Below, piece after piece: positions 29,539 to 40,306 of a DNA stretch of 64,000 nucleotides. This DNA comes from an uncultured Clostridia bacterium (GTDB lineage Bacteria > Bacillota > Clostridia > TANB77 > CAG-508), in contig CALXAA010000007.1 in assembly GCA_944386165.1 (NCBI GenBank), forward strand, positions 7,984-71,983, given 5' to 3'. A model generated the notes under the pieces. That model had not been told where the DNA came from. It made no database searches and saw only the letters and a list, made by a program, of their open reading frames with translations. The translations under genes and the position numbers were made by a program. Positions within the stretch are counted from its first letter, which is position 1, and each line of letters opens with the position of its first letter.

Positions 29539-30870
29539 TTATTCTTCCTCTCCTTTCTCATGTTTTTCTCTTGCTATCATTCTAATTGGTGTTCCTTCTA
29601 ATCCAAATTCTCTACGAATTTGATTTACTAAATATCTTTCATATGAAAAATGAAATAATTCTTTATTATTAACAAATATTACAAATGTTGGTGGCTTTGT
29701 GCTTACTTGTGTTCCATATAATATTTTTAGTCTTTTTCCTTTATCTGTTGGTGGTTGAACAAGAGCAATTGCTTCATTTATAACTTGATTTAAAGCTGAT
29801 GTTGAAACTCTCATAGAGTTTTGTTCATTAACATGATTTATTAAATCAAATAATTTTTCTACTCTTTGTCCTGTTTTTGCAGATATAAAAATTATTGGTG
29901 CATATGATAAATATGATAATTTTGCATAAATATCTTTTTTATATTTTTCTAATGTTCCTGTTTCTTTTTCATATTCATCCCATTTGTTAACTACAATAAT
30001 TATTCCTTTTCCTGCTTCATGTGCTTCTCCTGCAATTTTTGCATCTTGGTCTGTTACTCCTTCTGTTGCATCTATCATCATTAAACATACATCTGCTCTT
30101 TCTATTGCAAGTAATGTTCTCATAATACTAAACTTTTCAATTGATTCTGTGACTTTACTTTTTCTTCTAATTCCTGCTGTATCTATTAATACATATTTTC
30201 CATGGCTATTTTCATATTCTGTGTCTATTGCATCTCTTGTTGTTCCTGCAATATTACTTACTATTGTTCTGTTTTCTCCTAATATTTTATTTATTAATGA
30301 TGATTTGCCTACATTTGGCTTTCCTATTACTGCTACTTTTATTCTTTCATCTTCTTCATCATCATTTTTTTGTGGAAGTTTTTCGTAAATTGCATCTAGA
30401 ACATCTCCTATTCCTAGTGCATTTGCTGCAGATACAGGATATACATCTCCTAATCCTAAATTGTAAAATTCATATATATCATCTTTATCTTTACTCATAT
30501 TATCTGCTTTATTACATACAAGTATTACTGGCTTTTTAGATTTTCTTAACATTACTGCAATTTCTTCATCTGTTGCAGTTACTCCTTGTTTTATATCTGT
30601 TAAAAATACAATTACATCTGCAATTTCTACTGCTATTTGGGCTTGTTCTCTCATTTGAGATATTATTATATCATCACTTTCTGGCTCTATTCCTGCTGTA
30701 TCTACTACTGTAAAAGTTCTTCCTCTCCAGTTTGTTTCTGCATATATTCTATCTCTTGTAACTCCTGGTGTGTCTTCTACTATTGAAATTCTACTTCCTA
30801 CTATATAATTAAAAAAAGTAGATTTTCCTACATTTGGTCTTCCTATAATTGCTACTGTTGGTTTTGACAT
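29539..30870 (-). CDS. der: ribosome biogenesis GTPase Der
   Basis: Tandem GTPase domains GRPNVGKS and GKPNVGKS. Confidence 0.97.
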   Translation of the reverse strand: MSKPTVAIIGRPNVGKSTFFNYIVGSRISIVEDTPGVTRDRIYAETNWRGRTFTVVDTAGIEPESDDIIISQMREQAQIAVEIADVIVFLTDIKQGVTATDEEIAVMLRKSKKPVILVCNKADNMSKDKDDIYEFYNLGLGDVYPVSAANALGIGDVLDAIYEKLPQKNDDEEDERIKVAVIGKPNVGKSSLINKILGENRTIVSNIAGTTRDAIDTEYENSHGKYVLIDTAGIRRKSKVTESIEKFSIMRTLLAIERADVCLMMIDATEGVTDQDAKIAGEAHEAGKGIIIVVNKWDEYEKETGTLEKYKKDIYAKLSYLSYAPIIFISAKTGQRVEKLFDLINHVNEQNSMRVSTSALNQVINEAIALVQPPTDKGKRLKILYGTQVSTKPPTFVIFVNNKELFHFSYERYLVNQIRREFGLEGTPIRMIAREKHEKGEEE

Positions 30871-30997
30871 TTTTTTATTCCTTTCTTTATACTTTTTTTA
30901 CAAAGTAATAATATCATAAAAGAATAAAAATATCAATAAATTTTGAATTCATTTAATAAATCTCTAGTTGTATATACTAAATTTCTCATCAAGTGAA

Positions 30998-31026
30998 TTG
31001 ACATAATATGTAAAATGTGATATAAT
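30998..31026 (+). promoter_or_regulatory. consensus sigma-A promoter with extended -10
   Basis: TTGACA-17-TATAAT with TG at the extended -10 position; RBS GGAGGT at 31061. Confidence 0.7.
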
Positions 31027-31071
31027 AATTGTATTCGTAAGTAACACTTGGTTGAATTTTGGAGGTAAAAA

Positions 31072-32091
31072 ATGACTGCAATTGAAAGTAGTTCCTACAA
31101 TTTCCGGAACAAATTCAAAGCACAAATTGAAAAATTTGGGCTGAAGCAAAGCTTTTTTGATTCTATCTTCGACACTGCAATGAAGATGTCGAAAGAAAAC
31201 TTCAAAACTCTGTTATGGAATTTGAGTTTTGAAGAATCCGCAAGCAACGCTCTTGCTTCCTTGGGGCTCTCAGTCAACAAGGAGAACTTTGCAAAAGAAC
31301 TTATAATCCCCTTACGCAATGAACTGCGTTACCAGTTTACTGTCGAGATTTGCAACGGTGAGGATTTTTTAATTCCCTCTTTTGCAACATCTTCTGAAGA
31401 AGGGAAAGTCTTTGACAGATTTTCGAAAAAGTTTGGAGCAGACAAAATTTTGGCCAATGAAATTTGGGAAATAGCTTTAAGCTTCGTAACCTGTGCAAGT
31501 GGAGAGCATATTGAAAGAACCATTTTCCTGTTAAAATCCAAAGGTCGGGAAAATTTTCAATATGGTGGACTTAGAAATCTAGGTCTAAAATATCACGAAG
31601 CATCTGCACTTCTGCCCAAAGCAGAAGCACTAGGAACATTCATAAGCGAACTATACCAAATTGTGTTGGAAAATGGAGGATCGAGTCAAACAGCAGAAAA
31701 TGTTGCTGCAGTAACTACTCCATTTGCAAATCTTGGAGCATTGATTGAGCAGAATGGGATTGAACTTCCCGAAAGTTGTGACGAAAGCACCACCACCCAA
31801 AAAGACACTAGTGCTAATAATACTTCTCCTGATGATGTCACTTCCACGGCTAAAACTCAAGAGACATCGTCTCTTGAAGGCACTAATGCTCTTGAAGTAA
31901 AAAATCCCATTTCACCGGTAGTAGATCAAATAATTGCCCATGCAGATCTGGTAGATGATTTCTTGGCAATCTATCGGGAACTTATGAGTGCGGGTCTGGA
32001 TATCCAGTACCTAATTTCCAAAAGGTTTGCAGTTCAAGAACTGCTGGATGGTTACTTTGACTTGGTTGAAGCAGCCAGTGAAAACCTCTAA
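31072..32091 (+). CDS. orphan hypothetical protein with atypical (higher GC) composition
   Basis: 339-aa ORF with its own promoter, RBS and terminator; no recognisable motif. Confidence 0.7.
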   Translation: MTAIESSSYNFRNKFKAQIEKFGLKQSFFDSIFDTAMKMSKENFKTLLWNLSFEESASNALASLGLSVNKENFAKELIIPLRNELRYQFTVEICNGEDFLIPSFATSSEEGKVFDRFSKKFGADKILANEIWEIALSFVTCASGEHIERTIFLLKSKGRENFQYGGLRNLGLKYHEASALLPKAEALGTFISELYQIVLENGGSSQTAENVAAVTTPFANLGALIEQNGIELPESCDESTTTQKDTSANNTSPDDVTSTAKTQETSSLEGTNALEVKNPISPVVDQIIAHADLVDDFLAIYRELMSAGLDIQYLISKRFAVQELLDGYFDLVEAASENL

Positions 32092-32121
32092 AATATGAGT
32101 AATCTTACACTCATACAAAGC

Positions 32122-32160
32122 AAAAGGAGAGGCGAGATAATTCTCGCCTCTCTTTGATTT
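32122..32160. terminator. bidirectional intrinsic terminator
   Basis: GAGAGGCGAGA-TAAT-TCTCGCCTCTC stem between convergent orphan gene and pyk. Confidence 0.8.
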
Positions 32161-32193
32161 TGAAAAAAACTAATATAAATTACTTATATTGGA

Positions 32194-33627
32194 TTAAACT
32201 CTTAAAATTCCTCCAAGAACTTTTGTTGTCATTCCACTTGTGAATTTTTTTGCTCCTCCAGATATTACAATAACATCACCTTTTTCAAGGATTTCTTTAT
32301 CTTTTAATTTTTGAATACCTTTATCAATTGTTTCTTCAATTGAGCTACCAGCTTCAACAAATATTGGTGTTACATTCCAACATAAACCTAATTGATGGAA
32401 TGTTCTCTTATTATCTGTTATAGCTAATATTGGGCATCCAGCTCCTAAACCTGCTAATACTCTTGCAGAATCTCCTGAATGTGTATATGTTACAATTGCA
32501 TTTGCTTTTGTGTTTTTTGCTGTTACACATGCAGAATATGCAATTTTTGCAGCATCATCAGTTAAATCAATGTCTTCACTGTTGTCAAATCTCTTCCAAT
32601 AATGTATTTCTGGTTCAACTCTGTTTGCTATTTTAACCATTGTTTGAACACATTCAACTGGGTAATCACCTTGAGCACATTCTCCAGAAAGCATTACAGC
32701 ACTTGTTCTATCATAAATAGCATTTGCTACGTCACTAGCTTCTGCTCTTGTTGGTAATGGTTGATGTGTCATTGATTCTAACATTTGAGTAGCTGTTATA
32801 GCTGGTTTAAACATTCTGTTACATCCTCTAATTATTCTTTTTTGAACAACTGGTGGCTCTGTAAAATCTGTTTCTGTAGCCATATCACCACGAGCAATCA
32901 TTTGTCCATCAGCTTCTTTAAGAATGTCATCTAAGTTAGATAATCCTTCTACATTTTCTATTTTTGTTATTATTTGGATATCTTTTCCACCGTTTTCATC
33001 TAATACTTTTCTAACTTGTCTAATATCATCTAAGTTTCTTGCAAATGAAATTGCAACAAAATCATAGTCATGTTCACATGCTGTTTTAAGGTCTGCTATA
33101 TCTTTTTCTGCTAAACCTGGTAATCTAATTATTGTTCCAGGTAAATTCATTGTTTTTCTGCTTCCTAATCCATTTCCATGAACAACTGTACAAACAATGT
33201 CTTTTCCAACAACTTCATCAACTCTTAATTCAATTGCACCATCATCAATTAGAATTTTTGTTCCAGGTTGTACATCTTTATATAATTCTTTATATGATAC
33301 AGAAACTCTTTCTTCATTTCCTTCTATATCATCATTTACTAATGTAAATTTTTGTCCATCTTTTAATTGAATTTTTGTATTTTTTCCTGTATATAACATT
33401 CCTGTTCTTATTTCTGGACCTTTCATGTCTAATAATAATGCAATTGGTAAATCTAATTTTTCTCTTAATTCAATAATTTTTTCTGTTTTTTCTGATTGTT
33501 CATCCCAACTTCCATGTGAATAATTTATTCTGCAAACATTAAGTCCTGCTGCAAATAATTCTTCTAATTTATTTTCACTTGCTGGTCCAATTGTTCCTAC
33601 TATTTTAGTTTTTCTTAAATTTTTCAT
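32194..33627 (-). CDS. pyk: pyruvate kinase
   Basis: RKTKIVGTIGPAS, KGPEIRTG, ARGD, TATQMLESM, PTRAEASDVANA, MLSGE. Confidence 0.95.
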   Translation of the reverse strand: MKNLRKTKIVGTIGPASENKLEELFAAGLNVCRINYSHGSWDEQSEKTEKIIELREKLDLPIALLLDMKGPEIRTGMLYTGKNTKIQLKDGQKFTLVNDDIEGNEERVSVSYKELYKDVQPGTKILIDDGAIELRVDEVVGKDIVCTVVHGNGLGSRKTMNLPGTIIRLPGLAEKDIADLKTACEHDYDFVAISFARNLDDIRQVRKVLDENGGKDIQIITKIENVEGLSNLDDILKEADGQMIARGDMATETDFTEPPVVQKRIIRGCNRMFKPAITATQMLESMTHQPLPTRAEASDVANAIYDRTSAVMLSGECAQGDYPVECVQTMVKIANRVEPEIHYWKRFDNSEDIDLTDDAAKIAYSACVTAKNTKANAIVTYTHSGDSARVLAGLGAGCPILAITDNKRTFHQLGLCWNVTPIFVEAGSSIEETIDKGIQKLKDKEILEKGDVIVISGGAKKFTSGMTTKVLGGILRV

Positions 33628-33689
33628 TATAATATCCTCCCCATAATATAAACATGACAAAAAACACCATTTGGTGTTTTGTCTATTTA

Positions 33690-33875
33690 TTAATTTTCTT
33701 CACTTTTTGCAACTACTTCTTTTCCATCATAATATCCACAATTTGGACATACTCTATGTGGCATTACTGGTTCATGGCAATGAGGACAAGTTGCAAATTT
33801 TGGTGCTTCAACTTTCCATGTTGATCTTTTTGTATGTGTTCTAGCTTTTGACCATCTTCTTTTTGGTTGTGCCAT
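33690..33875 (-). CDS. rpmF: 50S ribosomal protein L32
   Basis: MAQPKRR...CPHC...PHRVCPNCGYY. Confidence 0.95.
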   Translation of the reverse strand: MAQPKRRWSKARTHTKRSTWKVEAPKFATCPHCHEPVMPHRVCPNCGYYDGKEVVAKSEEN

Positions 33876-33915
33876 ATTAAATCCCTCCTAACATAAGATA
33901 TCTATTATATCTTTT

Positions 33916-35235
33916 TTACTCTAAGAAACCTTTATAATGTCTCATTACTAATTGAGATTCTAATTGTTGTACTGTTTCAAGAGCAACACCTACAACGATT
34001 AATATTGATGTTCCACCAAATGAAACATTTAAATTTGTAAATCTTAATAACATTGGAAGTATAGCTATAACTGCTAAGAATAATCCTCCAAATATTGTTA
34101 ATTTTGAAATTATTGAAGATAAATAATCTGTTGTTGGTTTTCCAGCTCTTATACCTGGAATAAATCCACCATTTTTCTTAATATTGTTTGATACTTCTGC
34201 TGGATTGAATGTAGCATAAGTATAGAAAAATGTAAATCCCATAATTAATAGCAAATATACTATTGCATTTGCAAGAGAATATCCCCATCCAACACTTGAT
34301 GAAGATGTGGCAATAGAGAAATTATATACTCCTTTCCAAAATCCTGTTAGTGTAGATACATCTTTTACAAATATAGATATTATCATTGCTGGAAATGTCA
34401 TAAATGATGAAGCAAAAATTACTGGCATTACACCTGCCATAGCAAGTTTTAATGGTATATGTGAACTTTGTGCTCCAACCATTTTTCTTCCAACTACTTT
34501 CTTAGAATATTGTACTGGAACTCTTCTTTCAGCTTGTTGCACAAATACAACACCTGCAACTAATAGTAATGCTCCAATAATAATTCCTAATGCTGTAATT
34601 AGTCCTACTGTATTAAATCCTGTGCTTGTAAATATTAGATTCCATATAGTAGTTATTCCAGATGGTAAACCTGATATAATTCCTATGAAAATTATAATTG
34701 AAATACCATTTCCAATTCCTTTATTTGTGATTTGCTCTCCTAACCACATAAGTAATGATGTTCCAGCAACTAATGATGAAACAACTAGTATTCCTGTTAA
34801 CCATCCTTCATTTATAAATATTCCAGAAGATCTGTATCCTAAATAAATACCAATAGCTTCAACTAATGCTAAAATTATTGTAATTATTTTAGTCCATCTA
34901 TTAATTACTTTTTTTCCTTCTTCTCCACCTTCTTTTACCATTCTCTCTAAAGAAGGTATTACCATTGCAAGTAATTGCACAACAATTGATGCTGTGATGT
35001 ATGGACTTATTGACATTGCAAAAATTGAAAATCTAGAAAAAGCTCCACCTGAAATAATATCAATAAATCCAGCAATTCCATTAGCTGAAGACATAGCTTC
35101 ATTTAACACTATTGTGTTAACTCCTGGTACTGTAATATAACATCCTAATCTAAATAATATTATTAGTAATAATGTGTACCATAATCTTTTTCTTACATCT
35201 GGTGTTTTTAAAGCATTTTTTATTGTTTTAAACAA
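33916..35235 (-). CDS. secY: preprotein translocase SecY
   Basis: PYITASI, GIGNGISIIIF, GVMPVIFA, FIPGIRAG, GGTSILIVVGV. Confidence 0.97.
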   Translation of the reverse strand: MFKTIKNALKTPDVRKRLWYTLLLIILFRLGCYITVPGVNTIVLNEAMSSANGIAGFIDIISGGAFSRFSIFAMSISPYITASIVVQLLAMVIPSLERMVKEGGEEGKKVINRWTKIITIILALVEAIGIYLGYRSSGIFINEGWLTGILVVSSLVAGTSLLMWLGEQITNKGIGNGISIIIFIGIISGLPSGITTIWNLIFTSTGFNTVGLITALGIIIGALLLVAGVVFVQQAERRVPVQYSKKVVGRKMVGAQSSHIPLKLAMAGVMPVIFASSFMTFPAMIISIFVKDVSTLTGFWKGVYNFSIATSSSSVGWGYSLANAIVYLLLIMGFTFFYTYATFNPAEVSNNIKKNGGFIPGIRAGKPTTDYLSSIISKLTIFGGLFLAVIAILPMLLRFTNLNVSFGGTSILIVVGVALETVQQLESQLVMRHYKGFLE

Positions 35236-35670
35236 CTAAATCACCTCTGCCTTTCCGCCTAAGGCTTCTATTTTTTCTTTAGCTGTAGTAGTAAATCTTT
35301 TTGCTTTTACATTAAGTTTTTTATCTAATGTACCTGTAGCTAAAACTACTATACCATCATTTATTTTTCCTATAATTCCTTCTTCTACTAAGCTTTCTGC
35401 GGTTACATCTGTTGATTTTGATTTATTTAACATTGTTAGTGTTACTTCTGTATAGTTATTAGCATGAATGTTAGTGAATCCTCTTTTTGGTAAACGTCTA
35501 TATAATGGTGTTTGACCACCTTCAAATCCACGTCTTACTCCTCCACCACTTCTTGCTTTTTGTCCTTTATGTCCTTTTCCTGATGTTTTTCCTGTTCCAG
35601 AACCTATTCCACGTCCAACTCTTTTTCTTTTTACTTTTTCAACAGCTGGTTTTAATTCTCCTAGTTTCAT
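35236..35670 (-). CDS. rplO: 50S ribosomal protein L15
   Basis: [27 protein letters not shown]. Confidence 0.97.
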   Translation of the reverse strand: MKLGELKPAVEKVKRKRVGRGIGSGTGKTSGKGHKGQKARSGGGVRRGFEGGQTPLYRRLPKRGFTNIHANNYTEVTLTMLNKSKSTDVTAESLVEEGIIGKINDGIVVLATGTLDKKLNVKAKRFTTTAKEKIEALGGKAEVI

Positions 35671-35761
35671 TTTCTTGCACCTCCCTATTTTTGACTTTTG
35701 TGTTGAACATAGCAACTTGTTTTTAGACTTTTTCTATTTATACAAGTGCTATCTCAACAAA

Positions 35762-36253
35762 TTATAATATATCTTCTACTTTTTTATTTCTCTTTTTAGC
35801 AACTTGTTCAATAGTTCTCATGTTTTTTAGTCCTTCAAGTGTTGCATATACAACATTTCTAGGATTGTTTGTTCCTAAAACTTTTGTACGTACATCTTTA
35901 TATCCTGCAAGTTCAAGAACTGGTCTTACACTTCCTCCTGTAATAAGTCCTGTACCAACTGCAGCTGGTTTTAATATAACTTTTGCACTACCAAATTCTC
36001 CAACATATTCATGAGGTACTGTTGTTCCAACAACTGGAACTTCTATTAAATTTTTCTTTGCTTCTTGTATAGCTTTCTTAATTGCATCTGGTACTTCAGC
36101 AGCTTTACCATTTCCTATTCCAACATGTCCGTTTTCATCTCCTACGATAACAACAGCACTAAATCTAAATGTTCTACCACCTTTTACAACCTTTGCAACT
36201 CTATTTATAGCTACTACTTTTTCTTTTAACTCTGGCATTTTATTTTCTTCCAT
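35762..36253 (-). CDS. rpsE: 30S ribosomal protein S5
   Basis: [18 protein letters not shown]. Confidence 0.97.
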   Translation of the reverse strand: MEENKMPELKEKVVAINRVAKVVKGGRTFRFSAVVIVGDENGHVGIGNGKAAEVPDAIKKAIQEAKKNLIEVPVVGTTVPHEYVGEFGSAKVILKPAAVGTGLITGGSVRPVLELAGYKDVRTKVLGTNNPRNVVYATLEGLKNMRTIEQVAKKRNKKVEDIL

Positions 36254-36286
36254 AGGTTTTGTTTTTTCCCTCCTTTTATTATAAAA

Positions 36287-36646
36287 TTAGAATTCAAGTC
36301 CGCCTTCTCTTGCAGCTTCAGCTAATTCTTTTACAATTCCATGATATATATATCCACTACGATCATATACAACTGTTTTTATTTTCTTTGAAGCAGCTCT
36401 TTTTGCTATTAAAGTTCCAACTTCTTTTGCAGCTTCAAGATTTGATTTTTTTGTTTTTACTTCTTTATCTAATGTTGATGCTTGAACTAATGTGTTACCA
36501 GCAACATCATCGATTATTTGTGCATATATGTTTGTGTTACTTTTATATATACATAATCTTGGTCTTTCAGCTGTTCCAGAAACTTTATTTCTAACTCTAG
36601 CATGTCTTTTTTCTCTTTCTAATTTTCTGTTTGTCTTTTTAATCAT
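36287..36646 (-). CDS. rplR: 50S ribosomal protein L18
   Basis: [26 protein letters not shown]. Confidence 0.97.
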   Translation of the reverse strand: MIKKTNRKLEREKRHARVRNKVSGTAERPRLCIYKSNTNIYAQIIDDVAGNTLVQASTLDKEVKTKKSNLEAAKEVGTLIAKRAASKKIKTVVYDRSGYIYHGIVKELAEAAREGGLEF

Positions 36647-36730
36647 TTTCTTACTCCTTTCATAATATTATCAAGGAATACAACTCTTTTAGTTGTATAG
36701 ATAATTTCTAAGTAAATAATTATTTTAATT

Positions 36731-37267
36731 TTATTTACCTGTTTTACCTTCTTTACGTCTAATAACTTCTTCAGCATATTTGATACCTTTTCCTCTATAT
36801 ACTTCAGGTGGTCTTTTTGTTCTGATATCAGCAGCTGTTTGACCTACTAATTCTTTGTCAATTCCTTTTACTATAATTGTATTTGGATTTGGAACATCAA
36901 ATGATATTCCAGCTGGTGCTTTGAATATTACTGGATGAGAATATCCTAATGTTAGGTTTAAATCTGTTCCTTGTTTTGCAGCTCTATAACCAACACCATT
37001 TATTTGTAATTCTCTTGTAAATTCTGTTACAACACCATTTATCATATTATTAATTAAAGTTCTTGTTAAACCATGTAAACTTCTATTTAAAGCTTCATCA
37101 TTTGGTCTAGAAACTTTAACTTCGTTGTTTTCAACTGTTACAGAAATATTTTTATGTATTTCTTTTTCAATAGTACCTTTTGGTCCTTTTACAGTAACTT
37201 TATTACCATTAACTGTTACTTCAACACCATTTGGTACTGTAATAGGTTTATTTCCTATTCTTGACAT
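36731..37267 (-). CDS. rplF: 50S ribosomal protein L6
   Basis: [26 protein letters not shown]. Confidence 0.97.
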   Translation of the reverse strand: MSRIGNKPITVPNGVEVTVNGNKVTVKGPKGTIEKEIHKNISVTVENNEVKVSRPNDEALNRSLHGLTRTLINNMINGVVTEFTRELQINGVGYRAAKQGTDLNLTLGYSHPVIFKAPAGISFDVPNPNTIIVKGIDKELVGQTAADIRTKRPPEVYRGKGIKYAEEVIRRKEGKTGK

Positions 37268-37351
37268 TTTGTTTTCACCTTCCTTTTTATATATGCAATA
37301 TTAAATTTATATTGTGCAAGTTATTTGTGTTTTTATTAACATATATTTTAA

Positions 37352-37750
37352 TTACCAAACATATGCTAAAACTTCTCCACCCATTCCTGCTTCTCTTGCT
37401 TCTTTATCTGTTTTTAATCCTTTTGATGTAGAAATAATTGCAATACCTAAACCATTTAATACTTTTGGTAGTTCTTCTTTACTAGCATATACTCTTAATC
37501 CTGGTTTGCTAATTCTTTTTATTCCATCTATAACTCTTGTTCCTTTTTCGTCATATTTTAAAGTTATTCTTATAATTCCTTGATTTTCATTATTGATAAC
37601 TTCAAATGATTTTATATATCCTTCTTTAAATAAGATTTCAGCAATTGATGTTTTAATTTTAGAAGCTGGTACATCAACTGTTTTATGCTTAGAACTATTT
37701 GCATTTCTTATTCTTGTTAACATATCTGCTATTGGATCTGTAGTATTCAA
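37352..37750 (-). CDS. rpsH: 30S ribosomal protein S8 (TTG start)
   Basis: [30 protein letters not shown]. Confidence 0.97.
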   Translation of the reverse strand: MNTTDPIADMLTRIRNANSSKHKTVDVPASKIKTSIAEILFKEGYIKSFEVINNENQGIIRITLKYDEKGTRVIDGIKRISKPGLRVYASKEELPKVLNGLGIAIISTSKGLKTDKEAREAGMGGEVLAYVW

Positions 37751-37878
37751 TTTACTTTCCTCCTTTCAATTGTAAGGGTAACTTTTTCCCTCTAAAAATC
37801 ACTTTCACCTAGTTAATAAATGTTCCTATAATTACTTGATGAGTGATTATTTTTATTAAATTATTTATTTTATAACTT

Positions 37879-38064
37879 TTACCAACTTGCTTTTTTTACA
37901 CCTGGAATTTCACCTTTATGAGCTAATTCTCTGAAACATACACGGCAAATTCCATATTTTCTAATAAAGCTGTGTGGTCTACCACAAATTCTGCATCTAT
38001 TATATTCTCTTGTAGCATATTTTTGTGGTCTAGCTTGTTTTACTTTCAATGATTTTTTAGCCAT
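37879..38064 (-). CDS. rpsZ: 30S ribosomal protein S14 type Z
   Basis: 61 aa, CRICGRP...[14 protein letters not shown]. Confidence 0.96.
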   Translation of the reverse strand: MAKKSLKVKQARPQKYATREYNRCRICGRPHSFIRKYGICRVCFRELAHKGEIPGVKKASW

Positions 38065-38086
38065 TGTTATTTACTCCTCCTTAAAA

Positions 38087-38626
38087 TTATGCTTTGAAAG
38101 GCATTCCTAATAATGTTAATAACTCTTTTGCCTCTTCGTCTGTTTCAGCTGTTGTTACAAATATGATATCCATACCTCTTAATTTATCTACTTTATCATA
38201 TTCAATTTCTGGGAATATTAATTGTTCTTTAATTCCCATAGAGTAATTTCCTCTTCCATCAAATGAATCACTTGAAACTCCTCTAAAGTCTCTTACTCTT
38301 GGAAGTGCAACATTAAATAATTTATATGCAAAATCATACATTTTATCTGATCTTAATGTTACTTTACATCCAACATTTGCTCCTTCTCTTAATTTAAATG
38401 CTGCTATTGATTTTTTTGCTTTTGTTATTACTGGTCTTTGACCTGTAATTTGAGTTAAATCATTTACTGCATTTTCTAATGATTTAGGATTTTCTTTTGT
38501 ATCTCCTAAACCTATATTTATAACTATTTTATCAAGTTTTGGAACTTGCATAATAGATTTATATTGAAATTTTTTCATTAAAGCTGGTACAATTTCTTTT
38601 TCATATTGTTCTCTAAGTTTTTCCAT
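38087..38626 (-). CDS. rplE: 50S ribosomal protein L5
   Basis: [21 protein letters not shown]. Confidence 0.97.
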   Translation of the reverse strand: MEKLREQYEKEIVPALMKKFQYKSIMQVPKLDKIVINIGLGDTKENPKSLENAVNDLTQITGQRPVITKAKKSIAAFKLREGANVGCKVTLRSDKMYDFAYKLFNVALPRVRDFRGVSSDSFDGRGNYSMGIKEQLIFPEIEYDKVDKLRGMDIIFVTTAETDEEAKELLTLLGMPFKA

Positions 38627-38647
38627 TTTGTTAGTTTCCTCCTTTCA

Positions 38648-38956
38648 TTATTTAATTGTAGCTCCACATTTTTTACAAATACGAACTTTTTTACCATCTT
38701 CTACTTTATATCCTACTCTTGTGGCTTTTCCGCATTTTGGACATACTACATTTACTTTTGAACTGTTTATTGCACATTCAACTGGGATAATTCCTCCCTC
38801 TTGCCCTTGTTTTCTAGGTTTAATATGTTTTTTTCTAACATTTACACCTTTTACAACAATTTTTGAATCTTTAGGTATTACTTCTAATACTTCTCCTTTT
38901 TTATCTTTATCATTTCCAGATAAAACTTGAACAGTATCTCCTTTTTTGATTCTCAT
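38648..38956 (-). CDS. rplX: 50S ribosomal protein L24
   Basis: IKKGDTV KOW motif, operon position. Confidence 0.96.
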   Translation of the reverse strand: MRIKKGDTVQVLSGNDKDKKGEVLEVIPKDSKIVVKGVNVRKKHIKPRKQGQEGGIIPVECAINSSKVNVVCPKCGKATRVGYKVEDGKKVRICKKCGATIK

Positions 38957-39007
38957 TAAAGTTCAACCTCCTTTTTTCGTTATTTTTTAAGTTATAAGTT
39001 AATATTA

Positions 39008-39376
39008 TTATAGAACTTCTGGTGCTAATGATAATATTTTCATATAATCCTTTTCTCTTAATTCTCTTGCAACTGGACCAAATATACGTGTTCCTCTTGG
39101 TGTTTTATCATCTTTAATTAAAACTGCTGCATTTTCATCAAATTTAACATAAGAACCATCATTTCTTCTTAAACCTTTTTTGCTTCTTACTATAACAGCT
39201 TTAACTACATCACCTTTTTTAACAACGCCACCTGGTGTTGCTGTTTTTACAGAGGCAATTATAACATCTCCGATATTAGCTGTTTTCATATATGAACCAC
39301 CTAAACATCTGATACACATAATTTCTTTTGCACCTGTATTATCAGCAACTTTTAATATTGTTTGTTGTTGTATCAT
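39008..39376 (-). CDS. rplN: 50S ribosomal protein L14
   Basis: [26 protein letters not shown]. Confidence 0.97.
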   Translation of the reverse strand: MIQQQTILKVADNTGAKEIMCIRCLGGSYMKTANIGDVIIASVKTATPGGVVKKGDVVKAVIVRSKKGLRRNDGSYVKFDENAAVLIKDDKTPRGTRIFGPVARELREKDYMKILSLAPEVL

Positions 39377-39379
39377 GAT

Positions 39380-39640
39380 TTATTTTCCTCCTTTTTCAAG
39401 AATCTCAACTACTCTCCATCTCTTATCTTTAGAAAGTGGTCTTGTTTCCATTACTTTTACTTTGTCTCCTATTTCACATTTATTTTCTTCATCATGAGCT
39501 TTTAGTTTATATGTTCTTTTTACTGTTTTTCCATAAGTTTTATGGATTACACTTGTTTCTACTGAAACAACTACTGTTTTATCCATCTTATTAGATGTAA
39601 CAGTACCAACTAAAACTTTACGAAGATTTCTTTCTTCCAT
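39380..39640 (-). CDS. rpsQ: 30S ribosomal protein S17
   Basis: [20 protein letters not shown]. Confidence 0.97.
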   Translation of the reverse strand: MEERNLRKVLVGTVTSNKMDKTVVVSVETSVIHKTYGKTVKRTYKLKAHDEENKCEIGDKVKVMETRPLSKDKRWRVVEILEKGGK

Positions 39641-39669
39641 AGGTCTAATCCTCCTATCTTTTTATTTTT

Positions 39670-39873
39670 CTATGCTTTAGCTTCTGCTATTTTTCTTTCT
39701 GTTAATACTGTATTTATTTTAGCTATATCTTTTTTTACTTCTTTTATTTTCATTGGGTTATCTAAACCATGTGTAGCTAAACTAAATTTTAGTTTAAATA
39801 ACTCTGTTTTTAGTTCACCTAATTCTTTTTCTAATTCTGGTGAAGACATTTCTCTAATTTTATTTATCTTCAT
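39670..39873 (-). CDS. rpmC: 50S ribosomal protein L29
   Basis: [16 protein letters not shown]; operon position. Confidence 0.93.
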   Translation of the reverse strand: MKINKIREMSSPELEKELGELKTELFKLKFSLATHGLDNPMKIKEVKKDIAKINTVLTERKIAEAKA

Positions 39874-40306
39874 CACAATCACCTACCTTGTTTTCATTTT
39901 CTTTTACTACGAATTTACATTTGATTGGTAATTTATTCATAGCTAATCTCAAGGCTTCTCTTGCTGTATTTTCAGGAATTCCTGCCATTTCGAACATTAC
40001 TCTTCCTGGTTTAACAACTGCTACCCAATATTCAACATTACCTTTACCTTTACCACCACGAGTTCCAGCAGGTTTTTGTGTTATTGGTTTGTCTGGAAAT
40101 ATTTTAATCCAAACTTTTCCACCTCTTTTTGTATAACGTGTCATAGCAATACGAGCAGCTTCAATTTGATTTCCTTTTATTAAACCTGCTTCAACTGCTT
40201 GTAATCCATATTCTCCATCTGTAACTGTATTTCCTCTTGTTGCTTTTCCTCTATTTCTACCTTTTTGCATTTTTCTATATTTAGATTTTTTTGGCATTAA
40301 TGGCAT
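39860..40306 (-). CDS. rplP: 50S ribosomal protein L16
   Basis: [25 protein letters not shown]. Confidence 0.97.
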   Translation of the reverse strand: MPLMPKKSKYRKMQKGRNRGKATRGNTVTDGEYGLQAVEAGLIKGNQIEAARIAMTRYTKRGGKVWIKIFPDKPITQKPAGTRGGKGKGNVEYWVAVVKPGRVMFEMAGIPENTAREALRLAMNKLPIKCKFVVKENENKVGDCDEDK

